Below are positions 62,220 through 64,000 of a stretch of DNA of 64,000 bases, in pieces. Position numbers and translations under genes: made by a program. Below the pieces are notes generated by a model, which was not told where the DNA came from, ran no database searches, and was given only the letters and a program-made list of their open reading frames with translations. The stretch's first letter is position 1, and every line of letters starts with the position of its first letter. Source of the stretch: Psilocybe cubensis (Eukaryota); contig CM038998.1 in assembly GCA_017499595.2 (NCBI GenBank), positions 3,410,001-3,474,000 of the forward strand. The letters are read 5' to 3'.

Positions 62220-62428
62220 CGAAAGGGCCGGAAACTTGTAAAGAAGTGACTGTACAGTTCAAGAATGCAAATAAAAGGGAGACCGGTGAAAACACAGTGT
62301 CAAAGGGGGACCTCGGTGTAAAGCGCAGGGCGAGTTTTCCAACCAAATTAAACGTGGCGTCACTCTTAGTCACGTGCTCAGGACGTCACAACAGAAGTCA
62401 TCATTCGGCGTCAAAGGTCAAAACATAA

Positions 62429-64000
62429 CTATCTACTCCAATTCTTGCCCAACTTCTTCATCTCCTGGCCTTTCCGGTACATATCCTTATCAACAGCCTT
62501 CTTTCCCAGTGTCTCCATGCGTTTCGATTTTTCTTTCACACGCATTGGGCCCCGCACTGAACCATCTCCAACTTGACCGCTTCCCTTGTGCTTTTTAGGA
62601 CTCTCCGAGTCTGACGCATCCTCGTCAGACACTGCACTGTCTTCGTCGCGACGTCTCTTATCTCCTACACGAGCCGATTGGCCCTTACCAGGACCAACAG
62701 CAAGATTGACGCGAGGAGGTACTTTGAAGCCGAATGCTTTGGCAATTTTTGTCAAGTCCAATGCGTTCACATCGAAGATCTTTTTCAGAGAATACGAGGC
62801 ATATGACTGCAAGTATGCGCGGTAACCACTTGTGGCTGATCGATACAGATTGTAGTTTTTCTCTAGGAGATTCTCCAACTATATCGGTAAATCGTCAATT
62901 GTGCACAACTCTCCCATGACAAGACGAACATACCTGAGCTTGAACATTCTCGATTCGATTAGCTGGGAATACAAATTCGTTCAGAGGAACTTTGGATTCC
63001 TTGAGATATCTCAAGAACCCAAGCTCGCTCTCCAGGAGGAATAACAAACTTTTCCCGACTTTGCCTGCTCTCGCCGTTCGTCCTACTCTGTGAATGTAAT
63101 CGCGAGGGTCATCAGGAGGATCGTACTGGACGATGTAATCCACACGAGGGATATCAAGTCCACGGGCAGCAACATCAGTACATAGCAAGATTCCGGATTC
63201 CGCGTTGATAAATTCAAAGAATGTGTTAGTTCTTTTTTGTTGCTTTTGTTTGCCCTATAATAAATATGTTACATTCGTCGTTACCTTCAGTATATGATAA
63301 AAACGTACATGTAGATCCAGGACAGGTACATCGATATAGTTTAGCAATTCTGAATGATATTTTACAGAATTGCAACTGGAGAAGAAGACAATAACTTTCT
63401 TCTTCAGATTCTTTTTTAAGAAGGTGAAGAGGAGGAGGAAGCGGCGTTCAGAAGGACAAACGACGTAGCCTTGTGAAAGAGTGGCTACCGTGCTGGTAGC
63501 TTCCTCTTTGTCAACATCAATATGAACAGGTCCAGGTCGTAGTGATATCCGGGCAAGATCTGTGACTTTTGTGGTTTGTGTGGCAGAGAACAGCATTGAT
63601 TGACGTTCATCTGTGTAAAAAATGGTGTAAGGCTCAAGAAATTTAACCAAGGGACCAATGAACCTTTTGGCAGCATAGCAATGATATCCTTCATCTGCTG
63701 CTCGAACCCGATTTCCAATATCCGATCGGCTTCGTCGATGACGAGGGCTTTGAGATTTCTTCTCACAAATCCTTTTGTATCCTAGAGAAATATTACGGTC
63801 ATAAACAATGATGCCCAAATTTTGGGGTCAAACTCACTCTCAAATGATCCCAAAGACGTCCTGGTGTAGCCACGAGGAGATTCACTCCCTTGACCAGCTT
63901 CTCCTCTTCCGCTCTCCGATTTGCACCTCCAATTACAATTCCAAATGTTTGCGAATGATATTTCATGAGATCCCTGGCTACACCGAAGATCTGGAGAGCC
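62429..64000 (-). CDS. HAS1: DEAD-box RNA helicase Has1 (5' part outside window)
   Basis: [83 protein letters not shown]. Confidence 0.97.

Noticed and set aside
4820-62431. Cryptic PTS1 via TGA-CTA stop readthrough in the housekeeping genes
   Set aside because: The stop contexts I read do not show the TGA CTA motif or an in-frame SKL-type extension.

Overview
Intron-rich fungal nuclear DNA, almost certainly from an agaricomycete (mushroom-forming basidiomycete). Most introns are 50-60 nt GT-AG with CTRAY-like branch sites, and microexons are frequent. I hand-spliced about 25 protein genes: RPS27, peroxisomal acyl-CoA thioesterase, RAD14/XPA, RPD3, a DinB-fold protein, LSC2, SPF27, NDUFS3, MTC1, PXMP4, a BTB-like protein, Ras2, yippee/MOH1, ULP1, BET1, a UPF0658 membrane protein, PTH2, an MFS transporter, SGF11, a CBS/PB1 (Mug70-like) protein, POM33, partial HAS1, and several hypotheticals. 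There is also one intron-containing tRNA-Met(CAT). No transposon, CRISPR or secondary-metabolite cluster is evident. The most interesting observations are: (1) a 'hypothetical' protein with recognisable BTG/Tob Box A and Box B, a candidate CAF1 deadenylase adaptor; (2) a ~1,700-aa protein with the motif order of PRRC2/BAT2/MOS1; (3) a bacterial-type DinB three-His protein ending in a PTS1-like NKL; (4) a perfect hairpin just after the yippee UAG which, with a cryptic 53-nt intron, would fuse a transmembrane ORF in frame; (5) frame-essential 2-nt microexons in Ras2 and the MFS gene, and a 3-nt 5'UTR microexon. All family calls come from motif recognition by eye. No searches were run.
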